This document shows, one piece after another, positions 10,504 through 20,157 of a DNA stretch of 62,225 nucleotides. The notes beneath the pieces were generated by a model. The model saw only the letters and a program-made list of their open reading frames with translations, was not told where the DNA came from and did no database searches. Position 1 is the stretch's first letter; every line of letters begins with the position of its first letter. Source of the stretch: an uncultured Legionellales bacterium (GTDB lineage: Bacteria; Pseudomonadota; Gammaproteobacteria; JAHCLG01); the NCBI GenBank assembly GCA_964352985.1, contig CAYGUK010000006.1, forward strand, positions 1 through 62,225, read 5' to 3'. The translations under genes were made by a program, and so were the position numbers.

Positions 10504-10735
10504 GGATCATTTCCACCAGTTTATGCAATTGCTCATCCCCTGGTGTTTCGCGCCCGGTTAACCAAACAAATAATTCTTGATCACTAAAAACTAATAATTC
10601 TTTAAATAAAATTTTCCAGTGTAGGTCAACATCATCATATTGTTGAAATAAAAAATTTTCTAATAAAATATCGAGTTCCAACATGCCGCGACGACATTGC
10701 CAAATTAAACGCTTTTTTTCTAAATCGATAGCCAT
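10484..10735 (-). CDS. sdhE: FAD assembly factor SdhE
   Basis: WQCRRGMLELD signature; divergent from ygfZ. Confidence 0.95.
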   Translation of the reverse strand: MAIDLEKKRLIWQCRRGMLELDILLENFLFQQYDDVDLHWKILFKELLVFSDQELFVWLTGRETPGDEQLHKLVEMIRGVNTT

Positions 10736-10808
10736 GAAGTGATTTTCCTCGAGCACGATTTCTGCTACAGTAGTCGACTAATTATTAATACTACTGTAAA
10801 TAAATTTT

Positions 10809-11858
10809 ATGGACAAGACTTGGCAAAACTTTTTAGAACAAAATCACGCTAATTTGCTAAAAGATCGCGTCACTGACTTTGGTCATCCCAAAGAAGAATT
10901 GATTGCAGCGCAAAAAGAATTAGTTTTAACCGATTTATCACACAAGGGCTTAATCAAAGTATCAGGCCCTGATGCAAAAACTTTTTTACAAGGTCAACTG
11001 ACTTGTGATCTCAATGACATTGACGAATCACTCAGTCGGTTAGGTGCACATTGCAATCCTAAGGGGCGGATATTAGCCGCATTTCGACTTTTTAAAATTG
11101 CCAATGATTATTTTTTATTTATGCCAAAATCCATTATTGCTGCCACATTAGCTCAGTTACAAAAATATGCGATTTTTGCCAAAGCAGAATTATCAGACTG
11201 TTCTGATCAATGGATTAGAATTGGCGTTTCAGGCCCAATTGCTGCCACCGTCATTAAAAATATTTTAGATGAAGTTCCACAAAATATTGATCAAGTTCTA
11301 CAACGTCATGAAGTCATCGCCGTTAGAATTAATGGCCCCATGCCACGTTATGTTTTATTTGGACCTAGCAATAAAATGCTAGAAGTTTGGTCTACACTCA
11401 GTGAAACATGTAAATGTGTGGGAGCCGATGCTTGGCAATTACTCAATATTATTGTGGGATCGCCAACAATATATCCCGCCACCATTGGTCACTTCACGCC
11501 GCATCAAGTTAATTATCAATTATTAAATGGTGTCAGTTTTAAAAAAGGTTGCTACACCGGACAAGAAATTGTGGCGAGAATGGAACACTTAGGCAAACTC
11601 AAAAGTCACATGGTTCGTGGCATTATTACGGGTAAAACCATTCCACGCCCCGGTGATGAAATTGTCACAATGAAAAATAATGAAGAAATTGATGTCGGTG
11701 ATATTGTGATTGCCAAACCAGACGGTCAAGGTAGTTTTCAACTCCTTGCTGTGATGAAAGATGCTTTTGTTAAAGATGATTTATGTTACATTAAAAATCG
11801 TCCCGATAATAAAATAAAATTTTTACCCCTCCCGTATCATATTAAAAAACCTGAATGA
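10809..11858 (+). CDS. ygfZ: Folate-binding Fe-S cluster repair protein YgfZ
   Basis: KGCYTGQE signature; G.DA..FLQGQLTCD. Confidence 0.95.
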   Translation: MDKTWQNFLEQNHANLLKDRVTDFGHPKEELIAAQKELVLTDLSHKGLIKVSGPDAKTFLQGQLTCDLNDIDESLSRLGAHCNPKGRILAAFRLFKIANDYFLFMPKSIIAATLAQLQKYAIFAKAELSDCSDQWIRIGVSGPIAATVIKNILDEVPQNIDQVLQRHEVIAVRINGPMPRYVLFGPSNKMLEVWSTLSETCKCVGADAWQLLNIIVGSPTIYPATIGHFTPHQVNYQLLNGVSFKKGCYTGQEIVARMEHLGKLKSHMVRGIITGKTIPRPGDEIVTMKNNEEIDVGDIVIAKPDGQGSFQLLAVMKDAFVKDDLCYIKNRPDNKIKFLPLPYHIKKPE

Positions 11859-14047
11859 AGATTGAAACCTACCATTTATCACTGCATGGCATGCATTCAG
11901 CAAGTGTTGTTAAACAAATTAAAAAAAACCTTCTAGCACTAAATGGCGTGAAACAAGTTAGCATTAATTTTGCCGAACATAGTGCGGTCATCAAAGCTGA
12001 AATCGAATTTCTTTTTATCCAAGAAGCGCTGGAAAAATTAGGTTTTCACGCAGTTTTAAATGAAACTAATGTAGATGAATTGAACAATCGATCCCAAGAT
12101 AAAAAAAGGTATTTGCCTTTGCTACTTAAAACCATTGTTGCTGGGATTATTGGTATAGCCATATTCATGGGTTCACACTTGCATTATTATCCCCCAGCCC
12201 AGCTAACAAATGGCATGTTGATTTGGACATTGATAGCGCTTCTCACCTTAGTTGTTTTAATCTATTCAGCAGGTCATTTTTATTTGGATTTAATCAAAAC
12301 TAAATTTAATACGCCTTACTCTTTATTTATTATTGGTGTGACAATTGCTTTTATCTATTCATTATTAGTTTTATATTGTCCATTACTATTTCCAACACTT
12401 GCAAGACACCTTTATTTTGATGCCATCGCTTTAATAATTGCTATAACGAATTTGGGTAAATTCATTCTAGAAAAAATAAAAACACAATCTAATGCTACCC
12501 TTCAACAATTAATAAATTTACAACCCACACTCGCACAGATTGTCGATAATAAAGGATCCGAAAAAAGCATTACGATTGAAGAGATAAAATTAAACGATAT
12601 ATTACGCATAAAACCTGGCGAACAAATCCCCGTTGATGGCAATATCATATTAGGCGAATCACACATTGATGAATCCATGTTAACAGGCGAATCACATGCC
12701 ATAAAAAAAACCAAAGATGAATATGTGCTAGCAGGTTCGATCAATAAATCCAGCTCAATTTTTTATAAAGCAACTAGAATAGGACAGGATACAACACTAG
12801 CAAAAAAAATTAGCCACTTACAAAAAGCACTGTCGTCAAACTCATCACTTAATATCACACTCGAAAAAATAACAACATTATTTTTTATTCTTGTTTTACT
12901 TTTAATCATTATTTCTAGCGTTTTATGGTATTACGTTGGCCCACAACCAACTATAAATTATGTTATTCCCACAATAATCTCACTACTCATTATTTCAAAT
13001 CCAAAAGGATTTAGACTAAGTGCTAAATTTCCAATTAAAGTCGCTCTAAATAAAGCAGCAAAAAAAGGGATTTTATTTCAACATGCTAATAACTTATTAA
13101 ATACAGCAAAAATTTCAACCGTTATTTTGAATAAAACTGGCACACTGACAAAAGGCACCCCCACCGTTACGAATATTTATGCGTTTAATCAACAAAGCAT
13201 TCACGATATGTTAGCTATCGCTGCGAGTATTGAAAAACATTCAAGTCATCCTATCGCTAAAGCTATTGTTCATAGTGCGCGATTAGAAAAATTATCATTA
13301 TTTGCTACTAAAGATTTTCAATCCTTCGAAGCACAAGGTGTTTATGCGCGAAATGGTGATACGCATTTACGTTTAGGTAATGTCGAATTCATGCAAAATA
13401 ACAATATTCTGGTTTCAAAAGACTGTGAAAATCAAGCAGACTTTTATGCCGCACAAGGACAAACACCATTATATCTGGCTATGAATGAAATTATTATTGG
13501 TATAATCAGTCTGTCTGATCCGATTAAACCCACAGTGATAGAAGGTATTAAATGCCTGCAAAAAAATAATGTTAAAGTGATTTTGCTAACAGGTGATAAT
13601 CAAAAAACAGCTTATAGTATTGCTATGGAAATCGGTGTTGATGATTTTTTTGCTGAACTATCTGCAAAAGCTAAACAAGAAAAAATAACAGAATTTCGTC
13701 ACAAAAATGATGTCATTGCTATTTTAAGTAACAAGCACATAGACTCTACGAATCACATTACAGATATTCGCATTGAGGTTTACAACGAGTATGATAAGTT
13801 GATTAATTCTACAGATATCACATTAATGAAAAATTCATTACTAGCAATTTCTGATGCAATAGATATAGCCAAAACCTCCGTAAAAAAAATTAAGCAAAAT
13901 TTAAGCTTCACTCTAATTTACAATTTATTGTGTCTTGCCGTGGCCGCAGGAATACTCTATCCATTTTGTGGATTATTGTTAAATCCGATTGTCTCAGCTG
14001 TTGCGCTAGTTTTATCATCGCTGCTTATTGTGATTAATTCTATTTAA
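11855..14047 (+). CDS. Degenerate CopA-like P1B-type ATPase (catalytic and metal-binding residues substituted)
   Basis: Architecture retained (HMA fold, PGEQIPVDG, LTGES, HP, TGDN, YN) but GMHSASV, NPK and NKTGT replace GMxCxxC, CPC and DKTGT, and there is no GDGxND. Confidence 0.88.
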   Translation: MKIETYHLSLHGMHSASVVKQIKKNLLALNGVKQVSINFAEHSAVIKAEIEFLFIQEALEKLGFHAVLNETNVDELNNRSQDKKRYLPLLLKTIVAGIIGIAIFMGSHLHYYPPAQLTNGMLIWTLIALLTLVVLIYSAGHFYLDLIKTKFNTPYSLFIIGVTIAFIYSLLVLYCPLLFPTLARHLYFDAIALIIAITNLGKFILEKIKTQSNATLQQLINLQPTLAQIVDNKGSEKSITIEEIKLNDILRIKPGEQIPVDGNIILGESHIDESMLTGESHAIKKTKDEYVLAGSINKSSSIFYKATRIGQDTTLAKKISHLQKALSSNSSLNITLEKITTLFFILVLLLIIISSVLWYYVGPQPTINYVIPTIISLLIISNPKGFRLSAKFPIKVALNKAAKKGILFQHANNLLNTAKISTVILNKTGTLTKGTPTVTNIYAFNQQSIHDMLAIAASIEKHSSHPIAKAIVHSARLEKLSLFATKDFQSFEAQGVYARNGDTHLRLGNVEFMQNNNILVSKDCENQADFYAAQGQTPLYLAMNEIIIGIISLSDPIKPTVIEGIKCLQKNNVKVILLTGDNQKTAYSIAMEIGVDDFFAELSAKAKQEKITEFRHKNDVIAILSNKHIDSTNHITDIRIEVYNEYDKLINSTDITLMKNSLLAISDAIDIAKTSVKKIKQNLSFTLIYNLLCLAVAAGILYPFCGLLLNPIVSAVALVLSSLLIVINSI

Positions 14048-14122
14048 ATAAGTCACTTATCTACATTAATTAAGTGAGTAATAATTTTCATTTTCATATT
14101 TTTTAAAAAATTTAAACATTCC

Positions 14123-14158
14123 AAAAAAAAAAGCCTGCAAAAAAAATTTGCAGGCTTT
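14123..14158 (-). terminator. Intrinsic terminator of htpG
   Basis: aaagcctgcaaa / tttgcaggcttt hairpin (14130-14158) followed on the minus strand by a long U-run. Confidence 0.85.
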
Positions 14159-14177
14159 AAAAGTGAGCTAATATAAA

Positions 14178-16097
14178 TTAAGCCACTTCTAATAACAAGC
14201 CATTTAAGCGTTTAACATAGTTAGCGGGATCAGGTAACTGACCACCTTCTGCTAATACAGCTTGATCTAATAATACAAAAGCCCAATCATCAAAATGTTT
14301 ATTTTCCATATCTTGATGTAAACGTTCGATAACAGGATGAGTGGGGTTGACTTCAAAAATAGGTTTGACGTCAGGAATTGCTTGACCCGCTTCTTTCATT
14401 AAGCGTTGCAATTGCGCACTCATCTCATGATCATCAACAACGATGCAAGCAGGAGAATCCGTTAAACGATGGGTAACACGCACTTCTTTAACACGTTCAC
14501 CCAAGGTGATTTTTAATTTTTCAACCAAATCTGAAAAACTAGTTTCAGTTTTTTTCTGTTCTTCTTTTTCTTGCTCATCATCTAGTTCACCCAGATCTAA
14601 ATTACCTTTAGCAACAGAGACAAATTGTTTGCCTTCAAATTCATTAATGTGCGATGTTAACCATTCATCGATACGATCATAGAATAAAATAACTTCGATA
14701 CCTTTTTTACGGAAAATTTCTAAGTGCGGGCTATTTTTAGCAGCATTGAAATTTTCTGCAGTCACATAATAAATTTTATCTTGTCCTTCTTTCATACGAG
14801 AAACATATTCTGCAAATGAAACGTCTTGTACTTCAGTATCTTTATAAGTCGTCGCAAATCGAATTAATTTTGCGATGCGATCTTTATTAGAAAAATCTTC
14901 AGCAGGACCTTCTTTCAATACTTGACCAAAAGCACTCCAAACTTTGCTGTATTTTTCTTGATCCTTTTCAGCAATTTTTTCTAACATGCCTAATACTTTA
15001 TTTACACAGCCTTTTTTAATGGTTTCAACCATCGGGCTGTTTTGTAATATTTCACGTGAAATATTTAATGGCAAATCATTAGAATCCACTATACCTTTTA
15101 CGAAACGTAAATATAAGGGCAGAAATTGCTCTGCATCATCCATAATAAAAACACGTTGAACGTAGAGTTTTAATCCGCGTGGTGAATCACGATTCCATAA
15201 ATCATATGGGGCATGCGCTGGCAAATATAACAACGTAGTATATTGTTGTTTACCTTCAACGCGATTGTGAGTCCAAGTTAATGGATCTTCAAAATCATGT
15301 GAAATGTGTTTGTAGAATTCTTGATAATCTTGTTCTTTAATATCACTGCGAGGTAAAGTCCACAACGCACGTGCTTTATTTATAACTTCATACTCTGGTT
15401 TTTTCGGTGTTTTTTCTTCTTCATCTTCAGACTCAGCTTCTGGCATTTCCATTTTAAGCATTTCAATTGGCACGCCAATATGATCAGAATATTTTTGCAC
15501 GATGTTTCGTAATCGCCATTCTTCGAGAAATTCAGTGTCTTCAGCTTTAAGATGTAAAATCACTTCGGTGCCGCGAGACTCTTTTTCGATGGTTTCAATG
15601 GTATAGTCACCTTCACCTTTTGATTCCCATAAAATGGCCTCATTATTCGCTAAACCTGCTTTTAAGGTTTTAACGGTGACTAAGTCGGCCACAATAAACG
15701 CAGAATAAAAACCCACACCGAATTGACCAATTAATTTGGCATCTTTCGCTTTATCACCCGTTAGAGATTGTAAAAATTCTTTAGTGCCAGATTTCGCGAT
15801 GGTACCAAGGTGATTAATCACATCTTCACGGCTCATACCAACACCATTATCGCGAATGGTAATGGTTTTGTTATCTTTGTCGATATCAACAACAACTTTA
15901 AAATCCGCATCTTTTGCAGTTAATTCTGGATTTTCAATTGCTTGGAAGCGAAGTTTATCAATCGCATCTGATGAATTAGAGATAAGTTCTCGTAGAAAAA
16001 TCTCTTTGTTACTATATAAAGAGTGAATCATTAATTGTAATAATTGTTTAACTTCGGTTTGAAAACCCAATGTCTCTTTTTGTGCGCTTACGCTCAT
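14178..16097 (-). CDS. htpG: Molecular chaperone HtpG (Hsp90)
   Basis: [47 protein letters not shown]. Confidence 0.98.
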   Translation of the reverse strand: MSVSAQKETLGFQTEVKQLLQLMIHSLYSNKEIFLRELISNSSDAIDKLRFQAIENPELTAKDADFKVVVDIDKDNKTITIRDNGVGMSREDVINHLGTIAKSGTKEFLQSLTGDKAKDAKLIGQFGVGFYSAFIVADLVTVKTLKAGLANNEAILWESKGEGDYTIETIEKESRGTEVILHLKAEDTEFLEEWRLRNIVQKYSDHIGVPIEMLKMEMPEAESEDEEEKTPKKPEYEVINKARALWTLPRSDIKEQDYQEFYKHISHDFEDPLTWTHNRVEGKQQYTTLLYLPAHAPYDLWNRDSPRGLKLYVQRVFIMDDAEQFLPLYLRFVKGIVDSNDLPLNISREILQNSPMVETIKKGCVNKVLGMLEKIAEKDQEKYSKVWSAFGQVLKEGPAEDFSNKDRIAKLIRFATTYKDTEVQDVSFAEYVSRMKEGQDKIYYVTAENFNAAKNSPHLEIFRKKGIEVILFYDRIDEWLTSHINEFEGKQFVSVAKGNLDLGELDDEQEKEEQKKTETSFSDLVEKLKITLGERVKEVRVTHRLTDSPACIVVDDHEMSAQLQRLMKEAGQAIPDVKPIFEVNPTHPVIERLHQDMENKHFDDWAFVLLDQAVLAEGGQLPDPANYVKRLNGLLLEVA

Positions 16098-16294
16098 TGT
16101 TGGTGTGTCTCCATTGCTTTCTATAACTGCACGATATATAAGGCATAAATGTTTTTTTTCAAGGGTATGAGATAAAATAAATTACTAAATCATTGATAAT
16201 TAGGTGGAACGGCACTATATTAATCAATAAGAGCACTGATTCAAAATGAAAACTAAATAGTAATCACTCAGTAGAACAAAGTAAGGTAGCAGTT

Positions 16295-16900
16295 ATGGCA
16301 AATCGTTTATATGAAATTTTACCCACAGTCCAACTCAACGAAGGGGCACAATACTGTCACCCACCAACTCAGCCTGAAGTGGCTCATATCGATGATCCCG
16401 CCCTAAGCGTAATGACGGACTTCGTGCACAATAATCCAGTTACTATCACCCCTGATGATTACATTCCCAATGCGTTAACTGAAATGAAATCGCATCAGGT
16501 TCATAGTCTGTTAGTAATTGGTAGTGATAAACAAGTTTTAGGTTTGATTACTTCTGAAGATATGTTAGGTGAAAAACCGTTGCAAATAATTCAAGAACGC
16601 CAAGTTCCACGCAATGAAATTAAAGTCAGAGCTCTCACCACGCCGATTAATAAATTATTATTACTCGATTATAATATTATTTCCCACACAAAAGTGGGTA
16701 ATGTGATTCATACTTTAACTGAATTACATCATCACTATGCGTTAGTCACGGAATTCGATAAAGAAAATCACACACATATGATCCGCGGAATCTTCTCTGC
16801 CCGTAAAATCAGTGAACAACTCGGCATTATTGTGAGAGATGAAATTACTGAAGCACACTCAATTGCAGAATTGCAGTCGAAGTTAAAATCGTTAAAGTAA
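16295..16900 (+). CDS. CBS-domain protein
   Basis: DPALSVMTDF...LTEMK..VHSLLV...LGLITSED CBS pair; IRGIFS. Confidence 0.85.
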   Translation: MANRLYEILPTVQLNEGAQYCHPPTQPEVAHIDDPALSVMTDFVHNNPVTITPDDYIPNALTEMKSHQVHSLLVIGSDKQVLGLITSEDMLGEKPLQIIQERQVPRNEIKVRALTTPINKLLLLDYNIISHTKVGNVIHTLTELHHHYALVTEFDKENHTHMIRGIFSARKISEQLGIIVRDEITEAHSIAELQSKLKSLK

Positions 16901-17395
16901 TTAAGCACCATTAAAACGAGTTTGACACGTTTCAAATTGGGTCACAATTTCTGATACTCGAATAAAATTCGAATAAGTCATCGTGTGTAAAATAGGTCGC
17001 ACTTTTAACATATAATTATGATAAGCCGTTGCATATTTTTTAATACACATTAAATTGCCTGATTCACACGCACAATAATTTTCCGTCACTTGTTTCACAT
17101 CAGCAATTAATGAATTCGTATTATCACTAGCAAATCGATAAACCACAATGGCAAGCACCATAACAAATAAAAGTAATATAAAAATTTTAGTAACTATTCA
17201 CCAAATTTAAGCAACAACGTAGAAACGCTGAAAAGAACAGACTTTCCTTACGCGATGGGGATTCTTAAGGGGAGAATCGCGATTTTCCCCTTAAGTGCCG
17301 TTAGCCTGGCTTTGCCAGGTTAGGCAGTACTATCAGGGTAACTATTTAGCATTTATGCTGAATAAGTTACAAATTTTAATTGATATTGCATTCAC
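16901..17395 (-). pseudogene. Small membrane-anchored/exported protein interrupted near its 5' end by a MITE-like element
   Basis: Removing 17190-17378 (element plus one TSD) restores GTG(17395)-NAISIKIFILLLFV in frame with the MVLAIVVYRF... ORF at 16901-17161; RBS agggag upstream. Confidence 0.7.
17190..17370. mobile_element. 181-bp non-autonomous MITE-like element, complete copy
   Basis: Terminal inverted repeats gtaactattca / tgaataagttac; 8-bp direct repeat aaatttta at 17182-17189 and 17371-17378; internal hairpins; second copy at 62145. Confidence 0.85.
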
Positions 17396-17510
17396 GTGGG
17401 TCAGTTACTCCCTGTTACTCTGCTTTATTATGCAATGACCAAAACTACGTGACAAGTCACACGAGCTTTGGCAAAATTGTCAGCACTTGAAACGTTAGTT
17501 TGGAAATAAA

Positions 17511-18632
17511 ATGTTATCACAACAGGAGTTAATACGTTATCAACGTCACTTTAATTTACCTAATGTTGGCATCAAGGGACAAAAAAAATTAAAACAAGCT
17601 AAGATATTATGTATTGGTGCGGGTGGCTTAGGTTCTGCCGTTTTACCTTATTTGGCCGCCGCTGGTGTGGGACATATTGGCATAGTCGATGATGATGTGA
17701 TTGAACTCTCAAATTTACAACGACAAATTCTATATAATGAAGAAACATTACAACAAGCTAAAGTAAATATTGCTGCCGAAAAATTAAAAACTTTAAATAG
17801 TCAAATTACTATCGAAACTTATCAAACCAAACTTCACCATAACAATGCGTTACAACTTATTGAACCTTATGATTTGGTTATCGATGGCAGTGATAATTTT
17901 CAAACACGATATATTGTAAATGATGCGTGCTTTCATCTTGCTAAACCACATATTTATGCCAGCATCTTACGATTTGAAGGACAATGTTCTGTGTTTACAT
18001 TTAAGAATGGTCCTTGCTATCGTTGTTTATTTCCAGCACCGCCGCCACCCGGTGCCGTGCCAAATTGTCAAGAAGGTGGTGTGCTCGGTGTGTTACCCGG
18101 TATTCTTGGAACGTTGCAAGCAAATGAAGCGCTTAAATTAATTTTACAAATTGGCCAACCACTTAGTGGTCAGTTATTATTAGTTAACAGTTTAACCATG
18201 GACTTTAGAAAAACAACCCTGCGAAACGATCCCGCTTGTGTGTTATGTCATGGAAAAACACCTTATGATAAATTAAATTTTCATCAACTGGAGAATTGTC
18301 AAATGACTTTCAATATAGCTCAAGAAATTACTGTCAAACAATTAAAAAAAATGCAAGATCAAAAAGAAGATTTCTTTTTATTAGATGTGCGTAATCCACA
18401 TGAATATGAAATATGCCATCTTGGGGGACATTTAATTCCGTTAGCTGAATTACCCGATAGACTAAATGAAATTGATAAAACAAAACAAATTGTTGTTCAC
18501 TGTAAAATGGGTGGACGTTCTTTACAAGCCGTCCAGTTTTTACAAGAACATGGCTTTAAAAATGTCTACAATTTGCAGGGTGGGATTAATGCTTATGCCG
18601 TTGAAGTTGATCCTAATATTGCGCAATATTAG
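17511..18632 (+). CDS. moeB: MoeB/ThiF-family adenylyltransferase fused to rhodanese (MoeZ type)
   Basis: GAGGLG, SNLQRQ, DGSDNF, CYRC, PNCQEGGVLG, CVLC; rhodanese CKMGGRS. Confidence 0.92.
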   Translation: MLSQQELIRYQRHFNLPNVGIKGQKKLKQAKILCIGAGGLGSAVLPYLAAAGVGHIGIVDDDVIELSNLQRQILYNEETLQQAKVNIAAEKLKTLNSQITIETYQTKLHHNNALQLIEPYDLVIDGSDNFQTRYIVNDACFHLAKPHIYASILRFEGQCSVFTFKNGPCYRCLFPAPPPPGAVPNCQEGGVLGVLPGILGTLQANEALKLILQIGQPLSGQLLLVNSLTMDFRKTTLRNDPACVLCHGKTPYDKLNFHQLENCQMTFNIAQEITVKQLKKMQDQKEDFFLLDVRNPHEYEICHLGGHLIPLAELPDRLNEIDKTKQIVVHCKMGGRSLQAVQFLQEHGFKNVYNLQGGINAYAVEVDPNIAQY

Positions 18633-18795
18633 GAGATTTATTTTATTAGTTAAGCTCTATAAAACTAATAAAGAATTAATGAGATTTAAACTCGTCAATT
18701 TATTCTAAATTAGACGACGAAAATAAATTTTTGTTGCGATATAATTTTAATTTCATCGACGTTTATTTTTTTTAATAATAATTGGCAACAGTAAA

Positions 18796-20031
18796 ATGAA
18801 AGTTGTTTGGTTAGCCGCACTAGGTGGCGCATTAGAATTTTATGATTTCATGATATTTGTTTTTTTAGCAAATATTATTAGCCCATTATTTTTCCCAGCT
18901 GAAAATCATCTCAACTCCATGCTTGCATTATTCGCAACATTTGCGGTGGGTTATTTTGCAAGACCAATTGGTGGATTTGTTTTTAGTCATTATGGCGATA
19001 CTATTGGTCGAAAGAAAACATTTCATGCTTCCATTATTTTAATGGCGATTCCCTCTTTACTGATTGGTCTTTTGCCTGGTTATCACACGATTGGTTTGGC
19101 CGCACCAATTTTATTAGTCGTATTACGTTTAATTCAAGGCATGGCTGTCGGTGGCGAAATCCCTGGTGCGATCACTTTTGTTTATGAACATATTAATTAT
19201 AAAAAATGCGGCAAAATGATTGCGATTATTTTTGTTGCATTAAGCATTGCTATTTTATTTGCTCACATTGTTCTCGTTATTTTACACGCCTTGCTCTCTA
19301 AACAACAATTCATAAATTGGGGATGGCGTATTACCTTCATTATTGGCGCATGCCTGGCATTTGTGGGTGCGATATTAAGAAAAAATTTACAAGAAACCAA
19401 CGCTTTTCAACAATTGTTAATTCAACAAAAAAACGTCAATAAGCCTTTCATATTTTTATTAAAAAATCATTTTAAAGAATTTATTCAGAGTTTTATTATA
19501 GTGAGTTTAGTTGCAATTTGCATGATCATCATTTTAGTCTATATGCCGATTTATATCAGCAATTTTAAAACAAATTTAACGCTCTCTCGAGATTCACTTT
19601 CATCTCTAAGTACGGTTAATTTAATTATTTTTACAATTTCGATGTTTCTTATGGGCACACTATCAGATTTTATTACTAGAAAAAAAATCATTGCGACAGG
19701 TTCTTTCTTCATATTGATCTTTTCCTTTTTATTATTTCATTTTATATTGCAGGGAAATTTCACCACTATGTTTATCGCTCAAACAATTTTAGGGATAATA
19801 TTTTCCATGTCCATTGGCAGTTTTGGTGCGTTATTACCAGAATTGTTTCCCACTCACATTCGATATACGGGAGTAAGTATCACTTATAATCTCGCTTTTG
19901 CTGTAATCGGCGGCACAACGCCATTGGTGGCAACGTTATTAATAAAATTTTTTCATGCGCCATTAGCACCTGCTTTTTATTTAATGTTTTTTGGTTTGTT
20001 AAGTTTTGTTGCCGCGGCTTTCATTAAATAG
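18796..20031 (+). CDS. MFS transporter, ProP/MHS family
   Basis: GGALEFYDF, ARPIGG..F.H.GD..GRK, RLIQG.AVGGE.PGA, ELFPT.IRYTG. Confidence 0.92.
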   Translation: MKVVWLAALGGALEFYDFMIFVFLANIISPLFFPAENHLNSMLALFATFAVGYFARPIGGFVFSHYGDTIGRKKTFHASIILMAIPSLLIGLLPGYHTIGLAAPILLVVLRLIQGMAVGGEIPGAITFVYEHINYKKCGKMIAIIFVALSIAILFAHIVLVILHALLSKQQFINWGWRITFIIGACLAFVGAILRKNLQETNAFQQLLIQQKNVNKPFIFLLKNHFKEFIQSFIIVSLVAICMIIILVYMPIYISNFKTNLTLSRDSLSSLSTVNLIIFTISMFLMGTLSDFITRKKIIATGSFFILIFSFLLFHFILQGNFTTMFIAQTILGIIFSMSIGSFGALLPELFPTHIRYTGVSITYNLAFAVIGGTTPLVATLLIKFFHAPLAPAFYLMFFGLLSFVAAAFIK

Positions 20032-20157
20032 TATTCATTCCATTTTTAAGTCATTTTCCCTGATTTAATCCATTAAATTAACGCATCCTTTTCTTGGGAT
20101 ATAAAATTTTTCTGGTAGATAAGATAATGGCAAAAATTGAAATAATGGAGTTTTTAT

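Noticed and set aside
10033-10756. ygfX-sdhE as a CptAB toxin-antitoxin system
   Set aside because: SdhE is an established FAD assembly factor and this arrangement is ordinary.
17190-17370. Repeat considered as a CRISPR unit or tRNA
   Set aside because: No repeat-spacer periodicity, no cas genes, no cloverleaf; TIRs and TSD fit a MITE better.
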